From IMG/VR virus record IMGVR_UViG_3300010362_000016, positions 9,453 to 73,452 of that record: a DNA stretch of 64,000 bases. One strand, 5' to 3'. The stretch is from a virus. Lineage: Duplodnaviria; Caudoviricetes. Under the pieces are notes generated by a model. It was given only the letters and a program-made list of their open reading frames with translations, searched no databases and was not told the origin of the DNA. Both the position numbers and the translations under genes were made by a program. Shown here in pieces: positions 55,501 to 64,000 of this stretch; within the stretch, counting starts at the first letter, position 1; the number at the start of each line of letters is the position of its first letter.

Positions 55501-55795
55501 TGACTTCTTCCTTCAGTTCGTCCTTCAGTTCAGGCTCGTCCTGGGCTTCCCCGATCTCGTGGATGGCCGTCGAGATCTTCCCGGTGTTCAGAGGGATTAA
55601 CTTATTTACACGTTCAATGGTCATGTCGGGATGGTGCTTGAGCAACCTTGCCAGGAAAAGAGCCCGGAATCCTGCGGAAGTCGGGAGCGGGGCGAGGAGA
55701 TTCATCCCGGTGATTTCCTCGGCCTTGACCTGGGCTTCCCAGTCGTAGGCCATGGTGAACTCTTCGCCGTTCAGGGTGATTTTGGTTTCGAGCAT
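55493..55795 (-). CDS. tail assembly chaperone (G-like), short paralog
   Basis: ITLNGEEFTMAYDW.A..KAEEITGMNLL resembles N-terminus of 55805..56506. Confidence 0.6.
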   Translation of the reverse strand: MLETKITLNGEEFTMAYDWEAQVKAEEITGMNLLAPLPTSAGFRALFLARLLKHHPDMTIERVNKLIPLNTGKISTAIHEIGEAQDEPELKDELKEEVNG

Positions 55796-55804
55796 GAGAG
55801 ATCC

Positions 55805-56506
55805 TTAGTTAATTAGTGAATCTATCGCCAATTTTCCGGCGAGGTCCATGCCGTCGAAGTTGCGGAACATTCGAAGGACGCCTTCGACGGTTTGGGGAGG
55901 TTGTTTCGTTTCGGGGAGATCCCATGGGTGGAGCATGAGGGATTCCGGTTTGGTTGGAGACTTGGGAGGATGGGGGCTGAAGTTGACGATGTTGGCGGCG
56001 ATCTGCGCGAGCATGAATTCGTTTTGGCGGATGACTTCCCGGCGGAGGCGGGAGAGGGTTTGGACCATCCGGGGGGTATAAGCCAGCCATTCTTCATCGG
56101 TGAGGCGGAGGATTTCCCGGGCGTTGGCCCAGGCTTCCATCCAGGTCCAGGGGGGTTCGTCAACCCCGGGATGGGGAGATTTCCCCTTTGGTTCGGGAAG
56201 GGGCATGTCGCGGACCCAGGCCGTCTGGAAGCCCTCCAGGAGCCTCCTCACGACGCTGGGAATAAGCTGGCCCCATGGGATAACCTCCCCGTCCTGGAGC
56301 GGCCTCATGGTCGTCTGGATCAAACTGCGGAGGCTTCTAGCGCACGGGCGGAGGACGTCGAATCCCCCGCCCAGGACATCCACCCCGGTGGCCTTCTCCA
56401 ACCTCAGCAACGTCCTGTGGTCGAACCGGACCTCCCACCGAAGCTCCCCGAGCTTCAGCCACAGTGGAGGCCCGGCCAGCAGCCCCAGGATCTCAGCCGT
56501 CAGCAT
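55805..56506 (-). CDS. tail assembly chaperone (possible G-T fusion)
   Basis: position after tail tube; FDHRTLLRLEKATGVDVL; C-terminal LTDEEWLAYTPR. Confidence 0.6.
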   Translation of the reverse strand: MLTAEILGLLAGPPLWLKLGELRWEVRFDHRTLLRLEKATGVDVLGGGFDVLRPCARSLRSLIQTTMRPLQDGEVIPWGQLIPSVVRRLLEGFQTAWVRDMPLPEPKGKSPHPGVDEPPWTWMEAWANAREILRLTDEEWLAYTPRMVQTLSRLRREVIRQNEFMLAQIAANIVNFSPHPPKSPTKPESLMLHPWDLPETKQPPQTVEGVLRMFRNFDGMDLAGKLAIDSLIN

Positions 56507-56509
56507 GGC

Positions 56510-56956
56510 TTAAGCCACCGTCACGGTCGAGAACCCGGTGGTCCTGATCGAAATGCTGTACTCGATAGGCCGGTTTGGTTCGATAGGTCCGATGTCGTGC
56601 TTGTTGAAGAACCCCCTGCCGGTAATCGTCGCGGTCTTGCCCCTCGATTGGACCGGCATGGTGATCGCGTACGAAAAAACCGTCTGGGCCTGAGCCAGCG
56701 TATCTATCGCCGAGACCTGACTGGGATCTCCGATGAAATTCCCTGTCACGTCCACCACTCCGGGCATCATCAAACCCGGCACTAACTCCTCCGTAGCGTT
56801 GGGCGACAGCAGATGGGTTACGTTCAGATCCGGGATGCTATACCTGGGAAAATTAATATGCTTCACTTCAATCAGCGGCGTCAGCGGACTGCCGAAAGAG
56901 AAGGTTCCCAGGTATCCCGAGTTAGCTTGGGAAGCGTAAGTAGCGGGCAGGGGCAT
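56510..56956 (-). CDS. major tail (tube) protein
   Basis: LNVTHLLSP..TEE..PGL..PG.V.VTGNF pattern; position. Confidence 0.85.
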   Translation of the reverse strand: MPLPATYASQANSGYLGTFSFGSPLTPLIEVKHINFPRYSIPDLNVTHLLSPNATEELVPGLMMPGVVDVTGNFIGDPSQVSAIDTLAQAQTVFSYAITMPVQSRGKTATITGRGFFNKHDIGPIEPNRPIEYSISIRTTGFSTVTVA

Positions 56957-56992
56957 TGTTCAGTTACTCCTTTGTAAAGTGAGATCCCCCGG

Positions 56993-57403
56993 CTACTCGC
57001 CTTGAGCGCTGGGGTAAAAGTTGACCTGATATTCGAGAAGCCTTCGATACGTTTGGGTTCCGGTATCGAAAAAATCGAGTGGGTAATTCGTCGTGAAAAT
57101 CGAGTCGATCATGGTTCCTTCCGGCAGCAGGCCGGTGAAGCCTTCCAAAGCCCAGTTGATGGCGTTCGCTAGGTTGACGGCAGCGTTGGGGGTCGTTGAA
57201 TATACCGCGATTTCCAATCTCCTCCACCGGTAGCCCTTCGACGTTTCCAGCGTGATCATGCTCCGGCCTCCCATGAACCGGTAGCTCCAATTCGGGAGAC
57301 ATACGTTCTTGGGGAGTTGGCCGAAGGGATAGCCGCCGTTGGGGACGATTCCCGAAACGGTCGGGTCGGCGTTGAGCAACAGTACGATGCCGCAGTCCAG
57401 CAT
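56993..57403 (-). CDS. tail terminator (DUF3168-like)
   Basis: LLNADPTVSGIV...YP..QLP...LP..SY; position before tail tube. Confidence 0.8.
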   Translation of the reverse strand: MLDCGIVLLLNADPTVSGIVPNGGYPFGQLPKNVCLPNWSYRFMGGRSMITLETSKGYRWRRLEIAVYSTTPNAAVNLANAINWALEGFTGLLPEGTMIDSIFTTNYPLDFFDTGTQTYRRLLEYQVNFYPSAQGE

Positions 57404-57404
57404 T

Positions 57405-58157
57405 TCAAACGTCCTGGATTTGGAACGGCGAAGGTTCGAGAGCCAGGGGACCGGCCCATTTCAACTTCGACGAAGCCGGAACCTCGGCGATATCTCCGCA
57501 GACCATGTGACGGTAGGAATCCTCGTAGCTATTCGAAGGATCGACAAGGTTGTAAGTCCGGTATTTACGAATCCGGTCTTCCCGGTGGAGGTAACCAAAG
57601 TGGATCAGCCTCACATGGGGAGATTGGATTACCTGAGCGCAGAGGTTGGTGGGGACGCTGCCGCAGTGGAAGTTCCCGCCGTAGTGGGTGGAGTGGAAGG
57701 TCAATCCACGATTAGTCAAGGGAAAAAGGGAAGGTCGATAGAAGTGAGAATATAATCCGTCAACCCGGAGTTGGTCTTCGCGGTCCCAGAGGTATTCGAT
57801 TTTGAAGGAGTATAGCCGGGGGGTGGTGGTGGAGGAGCAGGAGAGGACCCGGAAGTGTTCGAGGTCGGGAGGGTTCAGCAACTCATCTCCGTCGATAGAC
57901 AGGACATAGTCCCCTGGGAGGGCCCCGCAGGACCACAGGCTGGAGAGGAGACGGTTTTTATCCCGGGCTTCGTCTAAATCCATGGCGGGATAAGGCGATG
58001 GGATCACGGTGCAATCCAACTTCTTGCAGATCGAAGCCGTGTTATCCGTCGAGTGATCGTCGAGGATGATGATCCGGTGGGTGACGGGTTGGATCGAGCG
58101 GATTACCCTGGCGATCCACCGGGATTCGTTCTTGACGCGGAGCATGGCCCAGGTCAT
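57405..58157 (-). CDS. glycosyltransferase family 2
   Basis: LRVKNESRWI...LDDHSTDNT...SIDGDE...LIHFGY. Confidence 0.88.
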   Translation of the reverse strand: MTWAMLRVKNESRWIARVIRSIQPVTHRIIILDDHSTDNTASICKKLDCTVIPSPYPAMDLDEARDKNRLLSSLWSCGALPGDYVLSIDGDELLNPPDLEHFRVLSCSSTTTPRLYSFKIEYLWDREDQLRVDGLYSHFYRPSLFPLTNRGLTFHSTHYGGNFHCGSVPTNLCAQVIQSPHVRLIHFGYLHREDRIRKYRTYNLVDPSNSYEDSYRHMVCGDIAEVPASSKLKWAGPLALEPSPFQIQDV

Positions 58158-58894
58158 CTGGAGAGGAGGGAAACTTGAGGGGACCAGCGCCACAGGCCCG
58201 ACCATTCGGGGCCGTAACGATAAGGAGCCGGACGCTGCCAGCCCTTTCTCACATACTCGTCCGACAGACTCGCCCACGGTTCGAGCGGCATCCGATCCAG
58301 CAGAAAAACATTCAACGAAGGTTCGATCCAGGCGGGCCTAAGCTGAGTAACCGACTGGAAGGACTGCCAGCCGAACCATTTCCCGGAATGCCAGTCGCAG
58401 GAGAGGCTCATCTTTTGGAGGGCTTCCCGGATCGAGGGAAGCCGGAAGATCCCGATCCCGCCGATGAACTTCGCCGGGTCAGCCACCCGGAAGCTACCGG
58501 AAGGCTTCGACCGGTAAGTCTCCCCTCGCGCCTCGATCCCCAGCAGATCCACCTCCGGGCTCTTCTCCATCACATCGAGGGCGTCCCCCAGCCACCCCGG
58601 CGGCAACATCACATCCGAGTCGATCTTCACCACTAGCTCAGTCCCGGCGACCTGAAAGAATTCCCTCATGGCCTCGATGGGAGAGCCAAAGGTTCCGGCC
58701 ACCATGACCGTCTTCGGAAGCCCGGGCCGATTAGAAAACGCCGCGACCAATTCCAAAGTGCCGTCCTCGCTGGCGTCATCAAACAACCACAACCCCGAGA
58801 CTCTCTTCCATTCAGTGTTGCGGTACAGCGCATCCAAACTGGCCTTGGTGAACTCCAGCCGGTTATGAGTGAGGAACAGCAAATCCACCGACAT
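58154..58894 (-). CDS. glycosyltransferase family 2
   Basis: LTHNRLEFTK.SL...FDDASEDGT...KIDSDV. Confidence 0.88.
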   Translation of the reverse strand: MSVDLLFLTHNRLEFTKASLDALYRNTEWKRVSGLWLFDDASEDGTLELVAAFSNRPGLPKTVMVAGTFGSPIEAMREFFQVAGTELVVKIDSDVMLPPGWLGDALDVMEKSPEVDLLGIEARGETYRSKPSGSFRVADPAKFIGGIGIFRLPSIREALQKMSLSCDWHSGKWFGWQSFQSVTQLRPAWIEPSLNVFLLDRMPLEPWASLSDEYVRKGWQRPAPYRYGPEWSGLWRWSPQVSLLSR

Positions 58895-58901
58895 GATCGA
58901 T

Positions 58902-59363
58902 TTACTTAACGGCTTCCAGAATCGCCGTGATCTTCCAAACATCCTCAGCCACGTCCTCATACTTCGACTCAGCAAGGGCTAAAACTTTGAATCTCGCCGT
59001 GATCCCATAATGCCGAGCCAGTCTCCTCCACGCGAACGAATTCGCCTGGAAATACTGAAACGAATTCATGCACCACGGGCTTTTGTGCGTCGGGTCCTGG
59101 AAATATCCCGCTCCCCTCGCGGCGTTGGGAGTGATAATCGTCGCCCTTCCCCCAGGAATCAACACCCGGTGTAGCTCGTTCATGAAGTGAATCCGGTCCT
59201 CGATATGCTCGATTACGTCGTGGGCCTGGACTTCCTCCACCGTGGAATCATCCCAGGGCCAGGGCTTACTCAAATCCGCGATGACGTCCGCCGGTTCCAC
59301 GATATCCACCGAGACGAATCCTTCCATCACCCTGTCGCAAGCCCCCAGGTTCAGTTTCAGCAT
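58902..59363 (-). CDS. class I SAM-dependent methyltransferase (type 11-like)
   Basis: KLNLGAC...VDI...DL..PWP...HDVIEH...ELHRVLIPGG. Confidence 0.88.
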   Translation of the reverse strand: MLKLNLGACDRVMEGFVSVDIVEPADVIADLSKPWPWDDSTVEEVQAHDVIEHIEDRIHFMNELHRVLIPGGRATIITPNAARGAGYFQDPTHKSPWCMNSFQYFQANSFAWRRLARHYGITARFKVLALAESKYEDVAEDVWKITAILEAVK

Positions 59364-59806
59364 GCTGAAACCTTCCTCAACCCCACTGTCATGACGCCGT
59401 TGTGATTCACGCTCCGGTAAAGGACGTTCCAGGGCAGGAACCCATAATGGTTTCCGTAGCTGATCCACAAGCGGTCCCGGGAGTCGAGGTAGTCCCAGGT
59501 CTCCGGGATGAAATGTCGGCAGTCGAACGGATCTCGGAAAGCAATTGGAAAGTGGGCGTCCGGGACGATCACGGTGAGGATTCCTTCGGCGACCAGGACC
59601 CGGTGGAGTTCGTTCATCAACTTGACGAATTGTTCGTTGGGGCCGATTTGTTCGAGGACTCCCGAGGAGTAAATCGAAGCGAAGGAGCCGTTGACGAACG
59701 GCAAGGGGAACCTGAAATCACATCGGAGATCACAGGGGATTTCGGCCCGGTCGATGTTCACGTGATCCGGCAGGAGATCCCGCCCGCAGCCGAGGTTCAA
59801 TTTCAT
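59357..59806 (-). CDS. class I SAM-dependent methyltransferase (type 11-like)
   Basis: KLNLGCG...NID...VLEQ...ELHRVL..EG. Confidence 0.88.
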   Translation of the reverse strand: MKLNLGCGRDLLPDHVNIDRAEIPCDLRCDFRFPLPFVNGSFASIYSSGVLEQIGPNEQFVKLMNELHRVLVAEGILTVIVPDAHFPIAFRDPFDCRHFIPETWDYLDSRDRLWISYGNHYGFLPWNVLYRSVNHNGVMTVGLRKVSAC

Positions 59807-59810
59807 TCGC

Positions 59811-60497
59811 TCAACCGTTGATCTTCTGGAGATATAAAGCCTGTGCATAGGCTCGATCAGCTTGGGCGTCGTATTGGCCGGTTCTGGTGGCTTCCCCGAA
59901 ACTGGCTCCGTGAACGTGCTCGACGAAAACGTCTTTCCTCACGTAAGTCCCGCCGCCAGCCCGGGCCAACCGGATCGAGAATTCCGAATCCTGCCCATAC
60001 CCAACGAAATCCTCATCGAACCATCCCACTTCATCCATTAAGGTTCGGCGAAATAGGAAACAGAACCCGGACCATACTTCGTCGTTCCGTTCAACGGACG
60101 GGTAGGCCTCGACTGGAACTTTCTGTTGCGGCGAAGAGCATCGATTGGTCACCGGGATAACCAACTTACAATCCGGATGGTGGGAGAAGGTCTCCATCAT
60201 CCTGGTGAGCCAGCATGGTTCCGGGCCCGAGGGAACGAAGGCGTCCGAATCGAGGAGACAGATGTATTCGCAGGTAGCCTGACGTATAAGTTTGTTCCAG
60301 ATCCTTGCAGCGTTGGGGGTGTTCCAGCGGTTGTCATAAACCACGAGTTTGAAGGGCCAGGAGGTGTGGTGGATTATTTTGGAAACTGATTCGGATTCGA
60401 TGTTGGGGACTTTCCATTTGAGGAGGATGATTTCCACCATGTCGATATCGGATTCCGAGACCATCGGGATTTTAGATAGAGAGGAGAGATCGGTCAT
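59811..60497 (-). CDS. glycosyltransferase family 2
   Basis: YICLLDSDAFV, WSGFCFL, FDEDF.GYGQDSEF, VEHVHGAS. Confidence 0.85.
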   Translation of the reverse strand: MTDLSSLSKIPMVSESDIDMVEIILLKWKVPNIESESVSKIIHHTSWPFKLVVYDNRWNTPNAARIWNKLIRQATCEYICLLDSDAFVPSGPEPCWLTRMMETFSHHPDCKLVIPVTNRCSSPQQKVPVEAYPSVERNDEVWSGFCFLFRRTLMDEVGWFDEDFVGYGQDSEFSIRLARAGGGTYVRKDVFVEHVHGASFGEATRTGQYDAQADRAYAQALYLQKING

Positions 60498-61599
60498 TGG
60501 AGATGGTCTCCAGGGCTTCGACGGTGGATTGGGATATGTAACGGGCGTCTTCCAGAGTTAGGTGGTTGTGGAGAGGGATACAGATGTATCTGGGTTCGAT
60601 CCAGTCGAGGTTGGGGAGGGAGCGTTTGAAGGGTTGGAAGATTTCGTATAGGTCGTTGCGGACCTGCATGACGTTGGTTTCGATGCCTTTTTTGAGGAGG
60701 ATCGAACAGAACTCGTCGCGGTAAGGGACTAATAAGCATGCGAAGCCGTAGCGGTTGGAGGAGGAATCGATGAGAGGTAATCCTGCATCCCGATAAATTT
60801 GGAAGATCTGTCGGCGGTGGTCGAGGATGAAGGGGTATTCGGAGAGCCCGGCGAGGCCGAGGGCTGCGGCGATGTCGGTCATCTGGAATTTGAATCCGGG
60901 GGAGCGGATATCGAAGAGGATTTTGCGGCGCTGGAAGGGTTGCCAGTTGTTTTTGAGTTTGAGGGCCCGGTCAATGCCGAACCAGCGGCGGAGTTTGGCT
61001 TCGTGGGCGTCGGAGGGGCGGTGGCATACGAGCATCCCGCCGTCGCCGGTTGTGATGTGCTTAATTGCCTGGAAGGAGAAGGCCGTGAAGGTCGCCCCGG
61101 GGCGAACGGGGCCGAGGGCTTGAGCGGAATCATCAACGACCGGCACTCCAAAGTCTGGCAGGTCAGAAATATTCCCATGGAGGTGAACGTTCACGATGGC
61201 CTTCGTCTTCGGCGTGATCAACTTCCGCACTGAACCCGGGTCGAGATTCAACGTTTCCTTCAAAACATCCGCGAAGACCGGCGTTGCACCCCTCCGCAGC
61301 AGAGGAATATTGGTCGCCGTGCAGGTCAGCGGAGTGGTAATCACTTCGTCGCCCTTCCCCAAACCCAGGAGATCGTACGCCAACTCCAGCGCCGAGGTCC
61401 CCGAGTTAACCGCCACGGCTGTCCCCTCGGCTAAGTGGAAGACCTTCTCGAATTCCCTTTCGAACTTATCCACCAGCGGCCCCTGCCCCACGAACCTCGA
61501 CCGGAGCACCCTGACGACCCCAAAGATCGCCGATTCGGGCACGTAAGGATACGCAATCACGATCTTCTTCCTGGTCTGATCGTGATCAGATTTCCCCAT
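60472..61599 (-). CDS. DegT/DnrJ/EryC1/StrS PLP-dependent sugar aminotransferase
   Basis: AVNSGTSALELA, EVITTP.T..AT, DDSAQALG, FSFQAIKHITTGDGGM. Confidence 0.93.
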   Translation of the reverse strand: MGKSDHDQTRKKIVIAYPYVPESAIFGVVRVLRSRFVGQGPLVDKFEREFEKVFHLAEGTAVAVNSGTSALELAYDLLGLGKGDEVITTPLTCTATNIPLLRRGATPVFADVLKETLNLDPGSVRKLITPKTKAIVNVHLHGNISDLPDFGVPVVDDSAQALGPVRPGATFTAFSFQAIKHITTGDGGMLVCHRPSDAHEAKLRRWFGIDRALKLKNNWQPFQRRKILFDIRSPGFKFQMTDIAAALGLAGLSEYPFILDHRRQIFQIYRDAGLPLIDSSSNRYGFACLLVPYRDEFCSILLKKGIETNVMQVRNDLYEIFQPFKRSLPNLDWIEPRYICIPLHNHLTLEDARYISQSTVEALETISNDRSLLSI

Positions 61600-62254
61600 G
61601 TGGGGCTCCCCATTTCATCTGGAAAATCTTCGCTCCCATGTCCAAATCGCTGGGGGCGGCGGCTGCTCCCCGATATGTACTAACCAACTGGGCGTGATCT
61701 ACAAAGCAGCCGTCGAAGATCCCCAGCTTCAGCCCAGAACGACGGACGCGGAGACAATAGTCGTCGTCCTGGAAGCCGTAGGACGTAAACAACGGATCTA
61801 ACAACCCAACCGAGTTAATCGTCGATCTCGGAATATATACACAGACGAAACAGACCATCCTCTGCTCGAATCGCAGCCCCGGCTCCGCCGGGGCTTGCGG
61901 ATTCTGTCTTGTATTCCCCACGTTGTTGCACGACGACGAAATCAATCCATACTCAGGGTTGGCTCTTGCCACGCGGGCTAACTTGGTGAATCCCTCCGAG
62001 GTTTGAAGCAGGGCGTCGTCGTTCATCAGGATCACATCGCATGGTTCCGAGTGGTTGATTCCCAGGTTCACGTTGGTCGAGAAGTTGAACGGTGAGGATT
62101 GACCCTTGAGGTAGAGCGGTCCCACGGGATGGAAGGTTAGTCCGTCGTCGATCACAATCACGTGGGGATCGTCCTCGTTGGAGTAGATCGAGTGGAGACA
62201 CAGAGCGAGATTGGAGACTAACTTGGAAGGGATGATGATAGTGAAAGGAATCAT
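61586..62254 (-). CDS. glycosyltransferase family 2
   Basis: FNFSTNVNLG, ILMNDD, LDPLF..YGFQDDDYC.R. Confidence 0.88.
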   Translation of the reverse strand: MIPFTIIIPSKLVSNLALCLHSIYSNEDDPHVIVIDDGLTFHPVGPLYLKGQSSPFNFSTNVNLGINHSEPCDVILMNDDALLQTSEGFTKLARVARANPEYGLISSSCNNVGNTRQNPQAPAEPGLRFEQRMVCFVCVYIPRSTINSVGLLDPLFTSYGFQDDDYCLRVRRSGLKLGIFDGCFVDHAQLVSTYRGAAAAPSDLDMGAKIFQMKWGAPHGEI

Positions 62255-62892
62255 GGCAGGGCCTTCCAGGGATAGCATTCCACCCGCTTGCGGTCGGTGT
62301 TACCGGGATGGATTCCGGCGATGAGGAAGTCTTCTGCGTGGGAGGTAATTAGCTGATTCAACCTTGTAGCTGTGGCGGAGAAGATGTTGTCCTCGCCGAT
62401 CTGGAGGGTTTCGAAGGGATGAGCGAGGGCCCAGGAACGGAAGTAGCAGAGGCTGGAGCCGCAGGCGTAGGTGTGCTGGCCTTCGTAAAGCCATTCGCGG
62501 GGTTCTTCCTTCGTCAAATCTCGGGCTTTGAAGGTGTGGTAGCCGGTGACTTGTTTGGAGGAATTGATCAACCGGGTTACCTGATCGGTCATTCGGTGGG
62601 GTGAATGAATCTCGTCGTCGTCCCAGTGGATGACGATTTCGCCGGAACAGTGATCCAGGGCGTGGCAGCGTTTGGCTCCGATGTTCAACTTGGGGAGGAG
62701 AACCTCCTTTATTCGTTGGTCTGGAGGAATTAAATCAGTGATTGATTCCGCGTCGAGGTCGTTGAGAATTACCAGTTCACGGTTGGGATAGGTTTGAGAG
62801 AGGAAGGCTGAGATGACTGTGGATAACATGGTCCGCCGGTTGCGGGTTAGGCACATGGCCGAGACCAGGGGCTGGGTTTCTGGAGAATCCAT
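62251..62892 (-). CDS. glycosyltransferase family 2
   Basis: PLVSAMCLT.NR...SQTYPNRELVILND...HWDDDE. Confidence 0.9.
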   Translation of the reverse strand: MDSPETQPLVSAMCLTRNRRTMLSTVISAFLSQTYPNRELVILNDLDAESITDLIPPDQRIKEVLLPKLNIGAKRCHALDHCSGEIVIHWDDDEIHSPHRMTDQVTRLINSSKQVTGYHTFKARDLTKEEPREWLYEGQHTYACGSSLCYFRSWALAHPFETLQIGEDNIFSATATRLNQLITSHAEDFLIAGIHPGNTDRKRVECYPWKALP

Positions 62893-62898
62893 GAGGGA

Positions 62899-63306
62899 TT
62901 ACCCTCCTAAATTTGCTTGGGTTCCAATCGCTTGACAGTTGAGAACCAGGATGTGGTTCATCAGGAGGACGTTCTCGACGGAGTTGATGATGTATTCGCA
63001 GCCCGTGGGGGAGAGGATGTGCATCTGGGCGGAGATTCCGGGTTGATACCAGAGGGTGACGGTTAAGTAAAGAATCGAAGCGTCCAGGCCAGCCCGGAGG
63101 AGATCGACCCCGCGAACGGCTTCGATTTTGGTCCAGGCTCCCAGGGGAGGGGTTTTTTGTTTCCAGGTGACTCCTCCCCCGCCAGCGCATTCGCAGTCAT
63201 CGGCTGTTGAGGGCTGGGCGGAGGACTGTTCCAGGAACCAGACCCAATGACGAAGCTCACCAGGATTTAGAGTGGGAAATACACTTCCCGAACCGAAGGC
63301 TCCCAT
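62899..63306 (-). CDS. head-closure / head-tail adaptor (SPP1 gp16-like)
   Basis: GELRH, W..IEAVRG.D, TVTLWYQPGI..QM. Confidence 0.8.
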   Translation of the reverse strand: MGAFGSGSVFPTLNPGELRHWVWFLEQSSAQPSTADDCECAGGGGVTWKQKTPPLGAWTKIEAVRGVDLLRAGLDASILYLTVTLWYQPGISAQMHILSPTGCEYIINSVENVLLMNHILVLNCQAIGTQANLGG

Positions 63307-63333
63307 CTTAAATCACCGAAGACGCCCGGGGCG

Positions 63334-64000
63334 TCAGGGCCAGTAAGGGGCTCCTTGAGAGCGGACCTGACGGAATCCCATGATGTTGATCCGGTAGTCC
63401 TGAATAAGCCGTTTGACAGTCAGCGAAACGTCCGCGCTGGTCACTCCCCGACCCACCAGCACCGGAGTCCTCCCAGGCCCAAACCAGTGCGACGCCAGCA
63501 GCAAAATCGCCAGCCTCAGCGGAGCCGGAACCAAATTCACCGACCACGCCACTGTGCCCCCAGCGGAGTTGCTCGCTGGATAAATCACCAACTGCTCCGG
63601 GCTCACCACCCTCGAAATCACATGGGAAACTCCCCCGACCACAATCGACTGATTCGCCGTCCACTTCACATCGAACGGAGTCACCGGACTTCCCGAGGCC
63701 GTCAACGTAACTCCATCCTGAGCTATCGCAGCCAGCCCGGCAAACCTGTCATATCCGGCCTGGAACCTCACCTTGATCGGAGCGCTTGGCGACAGCGGTT
63801 CAGGAGGCCAGATCTGCCCAAATCTCAGGACCACCGACCCAGGATCTCCACTCAGGTTTACGTCGTACCTGGAAGGCTCCATCGGGAAGGACTCCTCGTT
63901 GATGTTCGTCCAGGCGACTTCATCCACCCCCCGCAGCGGAGCCCGGGGAAGCAAGATCCTGTCCGTCGGCCATTGCTGAAGGCTCAACGACCACGTTTGC
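63334..64000 (-). CDS. head-tail connector (gp15/gp6-like), 5' end probably outside window
   Basis: LPRAPL..V..V, WP......PIKVRFQAGY, PLRLAILLLASHWF..R. Confidence 0.8.
   Translation of the reverse strand, partial: QTWSLSLQQWPTDRILLPRAPLRGVDEVAWTNINEESFPMEPSRYDVNLSGDPGSVVLRFGQIWPPEPLSPSAPIKVRFQAGYDRFAGLAAIAQDGVTLTASGSPVTPFDVKWTANQSIVVGGVSHVISRVVSPEQLVIYPASNSAGGTVAWSVNLVPAPLRLAILLLASHWFGPGRTPVLVGRGVTSADVSLTVKRLIQDYRINIMGFRQVRSQGAPYWP

Overview
A GC-rich segment of a temperate tailed-phage (siphovirus-like) genome. The attP site appears intact, so this is probably the non-integrated form. The integrase/Xis style and a basic 'RKRIIAATKKRWA' protein suggest an Acidobacteriota-like host (inference). 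1-5.5 kb: leftward early genes (DUF3846, Zn-finger/OB protein, PAPS-reductase-like), each block driven by a repeated sigma70 promoter (TTGACA, 17/18-nt ACGT-rich spacer, extended -10) whose -10 lies 6-7 nt before the ATG, predicting leaderless mRNAs. 5.8-18 kb: rightward XRE-HTH regulator, D5/SF3 helicase followed by an iteron-type origin, many small hypotheticals, an RHH protein. 18.1-18.7 kb: a leftward Crp/Fnr regulator. 19.5-35.5 kb: candidate structured RNA, then Cas4-like nuclease, Sak4-like ATPase, SSB, vWA, Pif1-like helicase, DGQHR-like, YhaM, ThyX, a UDG-PolA fusion with an altered steric gate, and Xis. 35.5-37 kb: tyrosine integrase and attP. 37-64 kb: leftward morphogenesis genes (tail fibre, tail tip, tape measure, chaperones, tail tube, terminator, neck). 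An 8-gene sugar-modification cassette (5 GT2, 2 SAM-methyltransferases, 1 DegT aminotransferase) is inserted between head-closure and tail-terminator genes, a candidate virion-glycosylation system. Capsid, portal, terminase and lysis genes are not in the window. All protein calls come from motif recognition by eye; no database search was run.
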